64,000 nt of DNA, taken from Saprolegnia diclina VS20. Its lineage: Eukaryota. Each line of letters starts with the position of its first letter. Positions within the stretch are counted from its first letter, which is position 1. The DNA is taken from the NCBI RefSeq assembly GCF_000281045.1, contig NW_008246095.1:140155-204154 (forward strand), in the 5' to 3' direction. Both the position numbers and the translations under genes were made by a program. Below are positions 1 to 15,000 of this stretch, piece by piece. Under the pieces are notes generated by a model that had not been told where the DNA came from, did no database searches, and was given only the letters and a program-made list of their open reading frames with translations.

Positions 1-3000
1 GCGACGTTCCGGTGGCTCGAGTCATACCAAAACGAACTGATATTCCGTGATTGGAAGGCCGATATCAACGACGCTTTTACCACCGCTGGCGTGACGGTAG
101 ACGCGAACGCATCGGTCAACTTCAAGTGTGATGGTTCGAACGAAGGAGTTACAGGTGCGTGGATCCGGGGCGCATGGATGCCGTGCGATATCGTCATCTT
201 GTTGGGCGAGAACGACGTCGTTTTGGCTCCCGTGCTTGATTTCTCGGGGCGAACGGCAGTGACTTTGGTTGTGACGCAGCCGCGACCTCTGGCACGTCCG
301 ATCCAGTGTGTGATCCAGTACACAATCCGCATCATTGAAGTCACTCGGCTCCCAACGCTTACGTTACCTGTGGTCTATGGTCCACGCAGCGCCATTGCAT
401 ACGGGCAACCTGCTACCATTGCGCTGGCGAATCCGGCGGCTTCGTCGTCGCTGGATCTGGACATCCTTGTGAATGCAACGACGCTCTTGTACGAGGCCAC
501 CCAACCCCCCAGTATCGGCAACTTCGTCCCCACTCTCAATGGTTTCGGTCGCTACGACATTGGTACAGCGTCACCTACGCTGACGGTGTTTGAAGCCACA
601 CCAAGTGGTCTCCCTGTGCCACTCCAACTGGTCGTCACGAACGCATCTGTGCCAGGCTCCCAAGCGCGCGCAATGGCGATTGACACCTTCGTGTTTCAAC
701 CTGATACGTCGCCGATCGTGTATACGGCAGTCATTTGGCCGTCCATGGCCGTCGCGTGTCTTCAGGGCAAAGCGGCTACATTCAACTTGACCCATCTCGG
801 TGCGCTCAACGCCACGCAGTGGGTATTGGTCGTACCACGCGACGTGCCGCTGCAAATCAATCGCGCGAGTGCGGTGGCGTTGGATCCTGTCAGTCTCTCG
901 CCGACGTTGCTCGTACACGTCCAGCCACCCACGTATTTTACAGGCCGGTTGGAATTCGAAATTCGCATTTGCTCGCAGCGCGGGCAGCGCACCGTCATTG
1001 ATCCGTACCTGGTCATTGTGGACGTGACGCCGCTGCCTGTGCCGCCCATGCCCCAAGTCGTCACTTGCAACACATCGGTGACGTTTGGTGACGTAGCCGT
1101 CGTTACCATGGTCAATGTGCCCCTGTCGACAACGACAGCATTTGCGATTGAGATTGAAGTGCTCAACGCGACCATGGCCTCGTCGCTCGTTGCCGCCCAA
1201 GTCGTGGCACTTGAAACCATCTCGCAGTTTCCGGCAGAGTACCATTATGCCAATATGACAAGTGCCACTGCATGGCGCTGGACGCTACCGGTGGTAGTGC
1301 TTCCGTCGGGCACTGTTGCGGATCGCCATCTTGTGTCGCTATCTGTCGCCGTGCAAATGGCTCCCGATTTTGCGGGCCATGTACCACTGGCGCTTCGGCT
1401 CGTGTCGTTCTTGGCGGCCAACGCCAGCGTGACCGCCGAGTGGGTGTATCAACAAACGGTGCAGTGGCACTACAATCAAGTCCCGCTTGTCGAAGTTGCG
1501 CCGCTATGGACCGTGACGACGCTCGAAAATGTCGATACGAGTGTGGCCTGGATCGCGATACTGACGCAACCGATGTTGACCGGCACGTACTGGACGCAAG
1601 CGTACAATCTTACGGGCATGTCACTCCAGTATGGCGTCAACCAAACGGTGCAAAACGCCTCCGTCAACACGCTCTTCGACATTTCGCAAAGCATCACCGC
1701 GGTTCGCGCATCCAAAGTGCTTGCGGTGTCTGTAAACGTCTCCATGTCTGAGGTGCTAGAGAGGCCGAACTATGTCTGGATCTCACGCTAAAATAGATCA
1801 TGAGCGACGATGCTGTCCAGTTGCACGTGCTTCCGTACCGGTACGGCTCGATTGACGTGACCCTCAACTTTACGTTTTACGGCGCCGACGAGTCGATTCG
1901 CCCACGCATTCTGATGCAACCCATACAACTCGACGTACTCCAAGTGGCGCAACAACCGGTGATCGACTTTGTCCGGTCGCCCGCCGTTGTTGCCTCGGGC
2001 GACGTCGCTGACGTCACGGTTCAGATTGCGTCACCGATTCTGGACGGCTCCGATACATTGACGGCGCTTTTGTGGACCGACACCCCGATGCTGCTTGTGC
2101 AAAATGCGTCCAATGATGCTCTAGAAACGCACCAGAACGAAACGCTGCTCCGCTACGGGATCCCGTTTGGCACTAGTTTCCGCCAATCAATCCAAGCATG
2201 GTCGGCAGACTTCCGCGTCGCGGCCGTCGGCAACTTCAGTGGGCGAAGCAGTTTCTGCCTCGAAATTCGGTGCGGTGTCATGGCTACCCCGTGACGACTC
2301 ATTCCTGTACGTAGCGCCATTGCAACGACCAACACAACGTCCCGGGCATCGGTGTTTCATCGTTTCGCCATCGACTTTGCACCGAGTGATACACCGATTG
2401 TGGTGCCAGCAAGCATCGTGTCGATGACCACGTTTGGTGGTGAAATCTGGACCCTCGATGCGCCTGCCCTTTTGCATCAAACGCATGCGCAACTGCCGTT
2501 GCCGTATGCAACGTCGGCAATAGCCTCCGCGCTGTATGCGTACACCCTCGTGACTGCCAATATTGATTGGCTACGATTGGACAGCGGAAATTGGACGCGA
2601 CCGACGAGCCCGTACGTAGTGTACACGTCTCGGGACGCAGACGCACCGGTGCTGTCGCTTATTCCAAGCAACGCGTCGAGTGCCATTGTCCTTGACATGG
2701 AGATCCACTACGGCTTTGCCAGCGTCGTGCCGCGCATTGTAGCGCCGGTGCGGGTGGTGCTAGCGGTCGCAGGTGTGCCATCCCTCGCACCCAACCTCGT
2801 CCGCGTACAAGCGGCCAACATTACCGCCTACGATCAGCCCAACTCGATCAACTTGACGCTCGAATGCGCCAAAGCAGTGGTCCATTTTGAGCCTACGACG
2901 CTGGCGTACCTTGTGAACGGACGATCGGTTCAAGACACGGCGGTACTCAACATAGGCACCGCGATTCAGGTCGTCGCGTGGCCTCCTCTCGCCTCGAATT

Positions 3001-6000
3001 TCTCAGGCGTCGTGCCATTCCAAGTGTCAGCGCTCTGCGACCATGGCCCAGCGCTCAGCGTGAGGAAGGACCTACGGTGGCTAGCCAACCCAGCATCCTT
3101 TCGGCTGTCGCCGACCGCAGCCAACGCGAGCACGGATGAAAATACGTGGCTGCAACTGGCGCTGGGTTCGATTCTGAGCGTGACCAACCGCACAGTCAAC
3201 GACATTCGATATCGCGTCGTGGCGTTGCGTTATGTGACGCCGCTCGATGGCAACATCCAGCGAGTCGAGTTTGACAATGCTACGCTCCTCGACAGCACGT
3301 CCATTGGGCTGCTGCCACGGGCTCAGTTTTCCGGCATTCTCTCGATTACATGGCTTATCGAGTACGAAGGCGTTGACACCCAATTTGGACAAGTTGTCGC
3401 ACTTCAAAACCAGACGGCGACGCATACGATACGTGTGGTCGTACACCCAGTCGCGGTCGCACCGGCACTGGACTTGGCGACCGATGGCGTCGTCGACTTT
3501 GGCAACTACTCGCGGGCAACGCTCCACGTCACGATTGGTGGCGACACGTCACAGACGACGCAGTTGTACCTGTCGTGCACCGGCCGTATCGTCGCCTATT
3601 CAGGTGGCTTATGGATGCCATTCTTTGGTTCGGTTCGGCTGGGAACGCTCAACCTGAACACGACGCTGCAGTGGGTCTATGCTCCGAGTCAACCGACGGT
3701 CAGTGTTGTCGACTGCACGCTGCACTCGATGACGACGTCGGTCGACCTTGGTCTTGGCACGGACCCCCGTCAGATGCTGGCTACGCAAAGTATCAACTGG
3801 ACTACTGCATGGCAACCTAGCGTGCATGTTCCCGTCATGCCTGTGCAGTCCTTGTCCTTTACTACCGTGGTCAACCGCTCGCTCGTACTTTCGCTGCCCG
3901 ACTTGATTTCGTATGACAGCAAATCATTGATATTTCAAAGTTTATGCATGCAAATAGGGCGCTGCCAAACGCTACGTCGTGCGCGTTCCAGTGGTATACC
4001 TCGGACGTCCAGCGCATCTTGACGGACGGGGTCGTCGTCAACGCGACGCGCACGAGCCAGCTTCCGCCGAAGTTTGCCCAAGCTTCCGGAATTCCATGCG
4101 CCAATCTCTCGCAGCTGACCATTGCGTTCACTCCGAGCTATGTCGGACGCACGGCACTCCTTCTGGACATCGGCACGCTTGCCGCGCAGTACCCGGTGGC
4201 CATTACCGTCGTAGTCAAGTCAATGCCCATCGCCCCCCATGTGCGATTGTCGACCAATGCCGTCGTCGCTTCGTACGAGCAGCCCGTGACGCTGGTCGCG
4301 TATGCACCGGCGCCACCTGGCACCTTGGTGACATATCACATCGTGAGCAGTCCACCGGTCATCACAGCAATTGGTCGCAACGACTTGTGGTTCACGGCAG
4401 ACAACGCTGGCATCATTTCCATGCGTCCATGGGCGGCCGTCGACGTGACGCTTCAAGTGCTAGCACCCCTCGGATATGTGGGCTCGGTGTTATTGACGTT
4501 GACCGCGCTCGTTCAAAATGGCGGGGACGTTGCATTCGATGCGCAGGAGCTCAACGTGACATGGCTGCGCGCGCTGCCACCACTGCTCGAAGTATCGTCT
4601 GTCAGTAGCATGTATGCCACCGACATGGCGTCCATTCAGCTGCAAACATCGCTCCAGCACCAAGACAGTGCCGTGGGCGCGCTCCGTGTCCTCATGACAA
4701 CGTCCCAAGCGCTTCAGAATGTTACGCGTACGCTAATCGCGTCTCCGGTTGCCTACAACATCCAGCTCCCCGCCAATGAGCTTGTCGTGACGCCGCTTCG
4801 CTACTTTGGGGGACCTATCGTCTGGACCTTTCAAGCAACGAGCACTGCGTTTGGGACCTCGGCCATTTCGGTCGCATCGCTCAATGTGACCGTCGTCCCT
4901 GTCGTATCGACACCCAACGTCACGCTGGGCGTCCCAGCCATGGTACAAAACACGTCAAGTATTCTAAGCATTCAAGTCGCGCGGGTTGAGCCCCTCGGGT
5001 ATACGGAAGTCTCCAAGTCGATGTTGGTATTTTCCAACTTTGGAATTGACGCTGTGAAGGACGCTGTGACGAACACGTCCGTACCGTGCGTCGTCGTCGG
5101 GCCCAATGTTACCGCATGCCCACTTGCAAGCACGTTTGGCGCCGCGCGCAACTTTTCTCTGGTGCTGACACCGTATTTGGACTATGCAGGACCCGTACGT
5201 AGCCGGCTGGTCGTCAACCTCGCACTAAATGATTGTCTTGTAGGTCAATTTTTCAGTGCTCACGATCCACTCCATCCTGGAGGCGCCACGCGACTGCATG
5301 GAGCAGGCGTGGAACAGCTCGATGCTGCAAACCTGCTGCGACAATATCGCCTCGCAGTGCACGGCCACGTCGTCGGCTGGGACTCTCATGGTGCGCGGCA
5401 TTGCTGCCTACCCCAACGTATCGGTGTCCCACACCAGCCTCGTCTCGAGCGTCCAAGCAATCTCTGCCGTCAAGGTGTTTGCCCTTGACGTGCGGGATCC
5501 GTTCCGCTTGCAGCTCCTCACGGCGGCGATTGTGTGCCCGTCGAATACACTCCAACGCGTCATCGTGTCCCAGAATTACACGCGGACCAACATGACCAAA
5601 GGGGCATTGGCCAATGCAACGGCCGTGGACGTATATTCCCTGGCGTGGCTCCCGCGCATCGCTCCGTGGGGGCTTGAACTCGTGTGGGCGACCAATGTGA
5701 CGACGATGCGCTTCAACTGCACGCTCGTGGCGCAGTCGAGGTCCATATTGTTTCCCAACAGCACGGTGACGACCAACACGACGTTTGTCGTCGAATTGAA
5801 CTCGACACCGCCGGCTCTCACGCTGCCTCAAGCGTACATCGAGGTGCCCGAAGGTCAGCCGATCGTTTTGGCAGCGTCGCTGGCCACCGCGAACGCGACG
5901 CTCATCCTCGAAGCGCCGCTCGCGGTCATTCAACGGGTCGCTTTTCAAAACGCATCGATGCTGCTTGGTACGACGGCGCAGCTTGGGAACCGAACGTATG

Positions 6001-9000
6001 TGTACGGCGGCGCGTCTGGGATTCGCGGGGCGTTTGTCTTGACGACATTCCCGACGTCGGGCGACGTCCTACTGCGCCTGTTCTCGTTCCCGACCGCGAC
6101 GACTGCGACAAATGTCTGGAATGCAACGTTGGCGACGCAGGTGCTTGTCCAGATCAACCCTCTCCCGATGCTACCGCTCTTGTACGCCTCGCCATCGGTG
6201 CTGTTTGTGCCGACATCGCACACGAATGTTACGACGAACGTCGCCGTGTCCATGGCGCATGTCGACGTCGAAAACGTCGTGTTCCTTCAGGTGGGCGTAC
6301 CGCGGTTCCTTGTGACCGATGTACGCTGGAACGGCCAGTTGCAAGTGCCTCGAGCGGTGAATGCGACGACGCTGCTCTATCAGATCAATGAGTCGAGCGC
6401 CCTGACGTCAGGGTCCATGACGCTTTCGGTGCAGAGCTACTACGATGGTCACTTTTCGGTATCTCTCTCCATTAGACGGAAACATTTAGTACTCACTCCT
6501 TGTTGTAGGTGACACTCGACGCGTTCAGCGTCGTGCCCGCGCTAGGTCTCATGGCGAGCAATCGGTCGTACTTGTCGGTCGTCGCCTTTGCATCGACGCT
6601 GGATGCCACCAAGTTGGTGGTCGCACCGTCTGTCGAGGGCAGAGCCACCGACTTTATTGAGGTTCCTGTCACATCGAATGTCTCGGACTTGGTGCTCTTG
6701 GATTTGGAGCAGCGCTATCTTGGCAAGGTATTTGTTGCAACATGGTTGAAACATGCGCATACGTGATACGTGTAGGTGGTGGCTAATGGCCTTGTGCTGC
6801 CGCGAACAGCGTGGGGCAACTCGAGCATTCCAAGTTACACGCTGCCGCAACCCCTGACGCAGCTGTATGTCCAAAGTCGACCGGGCTTTGCAGGCTTCTT
6901 CACGGTCGCACTTGTCGGCGTGGATGCGTCACTAGCACTGGGCGTTGCACCTGTCCGCGTGCACGCGCAACCCGTGGCGTTGCCCCCACGATTGCTTCTC
7001 GTGTCGGCCGTCATCGTCAACGCGACGACGGTTTATCTCGACGTCGTCTCGGACGTACCCAGTCCATCCAACGGCGTCGATGTACTGGCGCTCTCAATGA
7101 CCATGCCCGTGTCTGTGCCAGTCGCCGCCTGTAGCGTTCCGTCACAGGCTTCGGTGCCCATGCGCGTCAACGGAACGTTCCAGACGTTTGACATCCCATT
7201 CACCACGACGACTGTGCGCTTTGTACTTGCGCCAAATTACGTCGGCACGTTCAGCGTTGCAGTGTTGCTGACAGATACGAGCGGTCTCGTGTCGACGGCG
7301 TCCGTGGAAACCATGATTGACCTCGTCATTGCTCCTCGCGCCGCCCCTCCGGCGGTTGCGTGGACGTATGCACTGTCGTCGCAGTTTTCAAGCCCGTCAG
7401 TCGTCAACAACGCCCTCAACGCATCGAGTCTTCTCAACGCCACCAGTCTTTCCAATGTTTCCAGCGCGTGGAATACATCTGGAAACGGCAACATCTCGAG
7501 CACCGGGACTATCACGACGATTGCATCGGTGACACGGTCGCTTCAGAGCTCGATCACGTTCAACGGGTCCGAGACTTGGCTCGCGTTCGTGCCAACTGTC
7601 TCCGTGACGGACCTGTCCGAGCTGGAGATTGGTTCGGACGCGCCGCGTTTGCTTTCAAGCCGTGCTGTACCGAGCGACTATATTGGCAGCTACGTAGTGC
7701 TGCCACCGCCCCAAGTATGGACGAATCCGTACATGTACGGGGCTATGACGACGCTTCTCGGTGCGACGACCGCGAGTTTGCACCAAGCCACGGGCGTCTC
7801 GCTACAAACGACGTCACAATCGTCCCGCGTCGTAGCCGTCGCGGTGCGCATTACGCCCGCCGCCCAAGTGCCCACCGTGGCGCTGCAGCTGCCGTCGCCC
7901 ATCGACGGCTACGGTCCGTGGGCTGTGTACGAGGCCGACCCGGTTGGTTTTGCGATCACCGCCACGACCGCGTACGCGGTGCCGACGCAAGTGCTGCAAA
8001 TCCGGTTGAGCGTCAGCAACTCCCAACTGAGCAACGTGTCAATCAACGGCACAGTGCTGGCGCTGCCAAAGACTGGCCCGGTGGTGTTTCCGTCGACGTT
8101 GCCTGCCAATGTCCTACCACTGACGACCGTGTCGCTGCCAGTCGTGCGCGGCGTCTTTGGCTTGCTTCCGATGCAGCTCTCGGTTCAAAACACCGAGACA
8201 CTCAACAACGACTCGCAACTTGTCATCCAAAGTTGGAACGTCACTGTGGTCCCGGTTGCGCACGTACCGATACTCGTTGTGCGACCGAGTGCGACGACGC
8301 TGCGTGAGTCGGACGTGCTGCAACTGATGGCAACGGCGACTGCCCTCTCGACAACCGAAAACATTTCGATCTCGGTCGCGTCATCACCGATGGAAGCCGC
8401 GCTAACGCTGCAATTTCGCGGCGGGACGCTATCGTTTCTTCCGTCGGGGGCGAACGTGACACTCTCGCTCGCCAAGTACTGGTTTGGCTCGCTCCAGCTC
8501 AACGTGACGGCGCTCGCACAACAGTCGATGGCGAGTCCCCGGGACAAGGCCAGCAACAGCCAGTTGCTCAACATTTCGGTGCTGCCGGTCGCGTACCCGC
8601 CACTGCTGGTCGTCAACCAATCACAGTACGGTGTCATGGGGACATGGGTCACGGTGCCTATCAACATATCGGCACTCGTCGTAAATCGGTCAAGCGGCAT
8701 CGACGAGTGGACGCTCAACTTGGTCGCGCGGGCGGGCGCACTCAACGTCTGGGCCAACCAAACGCTCTTGACGCGCAACGCGTCACTGAGTAATATCACG
8801 CTGGATTTTTTCACGCTACCGGTCTCGGGCGAAGTGAGCGTCCAGCCCACGACGGCGCATGGCGGTGTCTACGTCATCGGACTCCACAGTACGGACCGTG
8901 TCGCTGTCTCCAGAACAAACGCGACAACGGTGCAACGATCGACGCTTTACATTGCTGGTATCCGCGTCTCGGCCAACGCCACGTCGATGGACCAAGGCAC

Positions 9001-12000
9001 GTCGGTGCTCTTTACCGTCGCGGTCAACAGCCCGCCCGTCGCACCCGTGACGATTTCGCTTGCATGCAATGACACGTCACGCCTTGTCGTGCCGGTGCCA
9101 CTTGTCGCGACGACAAACACGACTCTGCAATGGCTGTTGCGGAGTACGCGCGACTTTATGGACAATGGCAACAACTTTGTCAACTGCGCCATGGTCATCA
9201 ACACAACCGATGTCTACTACCAGCAAGTGCCACTGCCCAACACGTCGCTTGTGCTGGTGAACAAGGACACGTCTGGGTTTGCATTGCGCGGCACGATGCT
9301 CAACAATAAGGTGCAGCTCACAGTCGCCGAGGGCGGGTTTCCCGACTCGTATACGGTTGCACTGACGTCCAAGCCGTTTGACGAGGTCGATATCTTTATG
9401 ACGTCCAACGTCTCGAACCTCCGAACGACGCCACCGCTCTTGGTGTTTACACAAGACAACTGGAACGTGCCGCAAACCGTCGTTGCCAACGCGTCAAAAG
9501 TGTCCAACATCATTGGCACAGTCCCAGCGTACGTCCTTTATGTTTTGTCTACCAAGCACATACAAAGTCGGTGACTCATGGCTTCTTTGTAGATCCATTG
9601 TGCATACGGTTGTGACCAACGATACCAAGTACGCGGCGCTGCAGAATTTTACCGTCGGTGTCTCGCTGCTTGTGACGTCCGATACGACACCGCCGCCGTC
9701 GCTTCAGTCGGCCCAGTTTGGCAACACGGGGGCCGACATCCTCTTGACGTTTTCGCGGGACGTGGACCTCTCGTCGTTCCCGACGCCGGCGAGTTTTGTC
9801 TGCACGAGGCTGCTCGTCTTCACGACAGGGTTCTACGGCGACGTTCCGACGTGCGGATGGACGTCCAAGAGCTCCGTGCGCATCCTTCTGGGAAAGTCCC
9901 CGACCGTGCTGCCGGGCGATAAGAGCCAAGTCATCGCCGGGCTAAAAGCGACTGCCACGTCGACGTTGACCATGCCGACCTCGTACATTGCGATTCAAAC
10001 ACCTGCCAACCCGCCCGTGCCCAAAGTCAGCGTCACAGGGCCGCAAAATCTCGGGTCGTGCGACGATCTCGTACTTGATGGGCGGTCGTCGTCTGGGGGC
10101 GGCGGGCGCGCAATGGCGTGGGTCTGGACCATCGCCAACGCGCCCGACATTGCGACAACCCTCTTGGCGCTCGGGACGACGGCCCAAACCGTGTCGCTAC
10201 CAGCGAGTACGTTCATCGCTGGCGGGACGTATACGTTTTCGCTGACAATCACCAACTTTTTTGGTGCGTCCGGAACGTCCGGGTCCATCGTCGTGACAAA
10301 AGCGAGCACGCCGCTGCCTGTCGTGTCGATTGACGGTCCGAGCACAGTCTCGTTGACTAAGTCGTCGACTCTAGCGCTCAACAGCGTCGCCACCCCCGCA
10401 ACATGCGGCAATACGGACGTTTCGAGCATTGCGCTGAGCTTTCAATGGTCCATGATCCAGTCGTCCGGTGTCGTAACAGTTGTCAGCTCGACGAGTCGCA
10501 ACCCGCGGCAGCTGCGGTTACCGCTACGGACAATCGCGTACGGAACGTATACCGTCCAGGTGCTCGTGGGAGTTTTCGGTCAGCCAGCGCAAATCAACTC
10601 GGCGTCTGTGACGCTGCAAGTCGTCCCGTCGGCTTTGGTCGCTGTCATCTCAAATGGATTTCGCACTGTCGGCAACCAAGAAGACCTCGTGCTCAGCGGC
10701 ACCTCGTCCAACGACCCCGACGCTTCGACGACGGCGCTCCTGTATGCGTGGCAGTGCGTCGACGCTACGACGGGCGCCGTAAGCTGCGGCAACGTCGCCA
10801 TCACCAACGGGTCGACGACGGCGGTCGCCAAAGCCAATCTGCCGCCAACGACCACGATTCGCATTCTCCTGACGGTCTACGATCCAGCAACGCAACGCAG
10901 CGCACAAGCATCGACGACATACACGGTGCTGTTGGGAAGTCCGCCGAAGACGACGGTGGCACCGCTGTCGCAGCTCAAGTACAACCCCGACACCAAGATC
11001 GTCCTGAATGGTGCCGTCACAAGTGCAATCGACACCAGCCCCACGGCTCTTTGGTCGGTCCAGGGCGACACGACGTTCGCCACGGCTGCATTTGGGTTTG
11101 CGCGGGTAACCTCCATATCGGAGGATGCCGCTTACTTTATTATGTGGAATGCGTAGACGTCATTGACGATGCTACTGCTACCCAATACGCTCACGGCGGG
11201 CAAGACATATGTTTTTGTCCTCACAGGCACCGACAAGTTTGGTCAATCGAGCAATGCGACCATCAGCGTTCAAATCAACGAGCCACCGACGAGCGGCCTC
11301 GTACGTAGTTTCGTTTCGAGGTTTGTGTATTTAGAAGTGGGCGTAGCTCTTGTCGTCGCCGACGTCAGGCACGACGCTCGCCACGTCCTTTGCCTTGTCG
11401 AGTCTCAACTGGGTCGATGTGGATTTGCCGTTGACGTATGCTTTCAAGTACATTGTCGGCCCCGCTTCCGTACGTCCAATTACAGTGCAAACCGAATGCA
11501 ACATTGGATGTAGGCGGGTGCGACCGAGATTGCGCTCGGCGACTACGCGCTCAGCACATCGTTCACCACCGTCTTTCCGCTCGGCGGCGGCGCCAACTCG
11601 ACGATCACGATCGTTGCTTATGTGGCCGATGCATATGGGTATGCAACCAAAGTGTACAGCGAGATCGTCGTCGCGGCACCGACGGGGTCGGCCGCGGCGC
11701 AACAGACGGCGCTGTCAGACCAAAGCTCGCTGCTCGCGTCGTCGGCCGCGAGCACCGACCCCGGTCAAGTCGTTAACCTCGTTGGCATGCTTGCATCCAT
11801 GCTCAAGCCCACGACGACGTCATCCACTGGCTCGGGCAGCAGCGGAAGCACGACCACCCCGGCGCCAACGGCATCAGTGGCCCCTGGTGCGACGCCGGCG
11901 CCGACTGTGTTGGTGTTGAAATCGTGCCCGTCGTCGTCGACATCGGCCGTGTGCTCTGGCCACGGTACATGTGTCCTCAACCCTCCGAGATGTCCAGTGA

Positions 12001-15000
12001 CGAACATCGACTGCACGGCCACATGCACCTGCGATACGTCGTGGTACGAGCGCGTAATGTTGTCCGTAGGTATGTAGTTGGCTCGTCTAGGTACAACACG
12101 GACTGTGCAACGTCCCAAGCCGACTATGACCAGAAGCAAGCTATGCTTGGGAACCTGTTGACCGCCATGACATCTGCTGCATCGACCATTGAGCCCACCG
12201 CCAAGGCCGTCGAGCAGCAGACGTCGGCGGTGCAGTCCATCACGGCCAACTCGGGGCTTTTGAGCCCAACGCAGCAGACTCAGGCCCTCGACTTGGTTGC
12301 GAGTGTTCTCTCGGCGTCGTCGCAGGTGCAGCTATCTACCGCTGCGACAACCGCCGTCGGTAGCTCCATCTCCAATCTTCTCGACGCCTCGAGCACGACA
12401 ACGTCGAGTCGCCGACGTCTCACGGGCGCGACCAACAGCTCTGCGGACGCGGCAGCCAAGGCGATCAAGGTTCAATCCACAGTCGGTCTCCTGGCCTCTG
12501 CCATGCTCAACGGCATCGTACCGGGCGAAGAAGCTGTGCAGATGAACTCGAAGAACGTCAAGATGGTGCTACAGCGGCACGACCCCGCCAACTTGAGTAC
12601 GCTTCCACCCTATAATCATGTCCTTGTTGCTGAACATGGAGTGTATAGATGGTGCGCTGGAGCTCCCCCTCTCCGCAAGTCAAGTCCAGGCCAACTACTC
12701 CAAGCAAACGTTCACGCTGCCGACCAACTTGCCCGCGTCGTCGGCGTGCGCGCAGGCCGTCGACACGCACGCCACGTTCCTCGCGCAAAATGTCTACCAA
12801 TATGCGAATGCGAGCTCCAACATCAACTCGGGCATCATTGGTCTCAAGCTGCTCTGCGACTACTCGAGCACGCCGCTTGCGGTCGCCAACCTCACGAGCG
12901 GCATTTCGATTCGCATGCGCAAGCTGGCGCAGTATCCTGTCCGTCCATCAAATGTGGCTGTTTCGTGCGCTCATACGCCTTAGGTCCCGGGTGCGCCGAC
13001 AAGCGGGAATGTGTCGTGTGCAGCGGGGCCACCGGTTCACTTCAACATTACGTGCAGCGTTGAGCAGCAGCTGTACAAGCTCGTAGCGTGCAACGGGTCG
13101 GCCAACTACACGGTGCAGTACACGTGTCCGCAGTACATTCCGACACCCAAGTGCCAATATTGGGACTCGGCGGTGCGTCGACGCTTCGTGTTCCGAAGAC
13201 GATACGATGAATGTCACTGTAGGCGGGCGCGTGGTCGACTGCCGGCTGCAAACAGCTCCCCGATCCGGACGACAATTACATGCTGTGCGTCTGCGATCAC
13301 TTGACGGACTTTAGTACGCAAGTCGACATGGCGCTTCAAGCGGTCGAGGACAACTTCTTCTCGGTGATCGAGCACCAAACGACCGTTGAAGACGTCGTGC
13401 AGAACATTGGTGTCGTCATCACGATGGGGGTCATGATAATCCTCTATGGTGTGAGTCTCCTCTTTTGCCTGAAGTGGGACCGAGACGACCGCGCCAAGTA
13501 CAACCCGTCGCGTCGCATCCACATTTTCTCATGTTGCATGTAGACGGCTAAAGTACGCGCTCACCAAGAGCAACGAGCCCAAGCACATCGACTTGCGCAG
13601 CCTCTTTGAGCTGCCAAAAGTCGTCGCGGCCAAGACGCGACGCGAGAAAGCCCGGGCGCTCCTCTCTGGGTTTTGGGATGGCTTGAAAGCCAACCACCGT
13701 ATTCTCTCGACCATCATGCAATACGACGAAACGTTTACGCGGTACGAGCCTTTTGAGATAGTCCAACGTTCAAACGGTGGTTTGTAGACCGCAACGCGCC
13801 ATGATCATCTTTACCGTCACGATGAGTCAGATGTTTATCAACGCACTCTTGTACAAGTTGCGACAAATGGACCCGAACATTGGCACGGTCATCGTCAGCG
13901 GCCTCGTCTCATCCGTGTGCATGATGCCCGTGACCCTCGCGGTACGCTCTTTTGTCACGATATGCTTGTCGTCATTATAAGAGGTTGTCTAGTTTGTCAT
14001 TCTCTTTCGCAAAGCCGGCAAAATGCACGACTACACGGTGCGGTACGAGATCGAAGATGACGACCACATCGTCGAGGTCGAAGTCGACGCGTACGGCAAG
14101 CCCGTGCAATACTCAAAGTACGACATGCTTTGCATGGACCTCCAAGGTACGAAAGGGCAATGTCGCACTGTATAGCACACTCCACATTACTCCTAGGGCT
14201 TCTCAATGCCGTGCCGCATGGCGCATACGCGCGGATGCTCGCGCGTCTCGAGCGCGATCCGAACCTCACGTCGCTTGCCAGCATCGTGTCGCAGTCGCTC
14301 TACTTGATTTTGAACAACCGAGAAGTGCGCGAACCCGAGCCGCTCGACGACATCACCGTCGAACTCGTGCCGAAAAACACGTCACGGTCCCACTTTTCGT
14401 TCTTTTCCAAGCCCAAGGTGGTCTTGCCGGCGACCGGATCGCCGGCCAACGTACCCGTCGAGGACGACCCGAGCCTTCTGAGTGTCGAAAGTGCAGTCGA
14501 CAAGCTCTTGGCGCTGTGGTCGCCCCATGCCGACGTGTACGGTCGTCTCAACAAGTTTGAACCGACCGCGATTGTGTCGTCGACGCGCTCCAAGCTCGGG
14601 TACCTTCTGCAGCAAGCGATCGAGCTGCAAAAGAAAGAGACGTCGCGCGCGTCGACCGCCGAAGTCGACGAGCTCGCGAGCGTCGCCTCGATCCTCGCGT
14701 GGTGCCGCAAGTGCTACGAGTGCGCCGAGTGCTTTGCCGACGACACGAACGCCGTCCTTCGCCACGCCAAGCACGAAATGCAGCGCACGCGTGAACAGCT
14801 CGTCATGACGCGGCGCATGGTACAAAAGCAGCTCCGCGACCGGTTGCAGCACTTTCGATCCAACATGTATGCGGCGCCGCGCGATGCCTCGGGGTCGCTC
14901 CGCCATGGATCCCTCAAAGACCATAAAAAGGTGGTGCTGCAGTCGGTCCACAACCAAGTCCAGGTACCTTCTTGAGAGGGTCTCGTCGACCCTAACCGCT

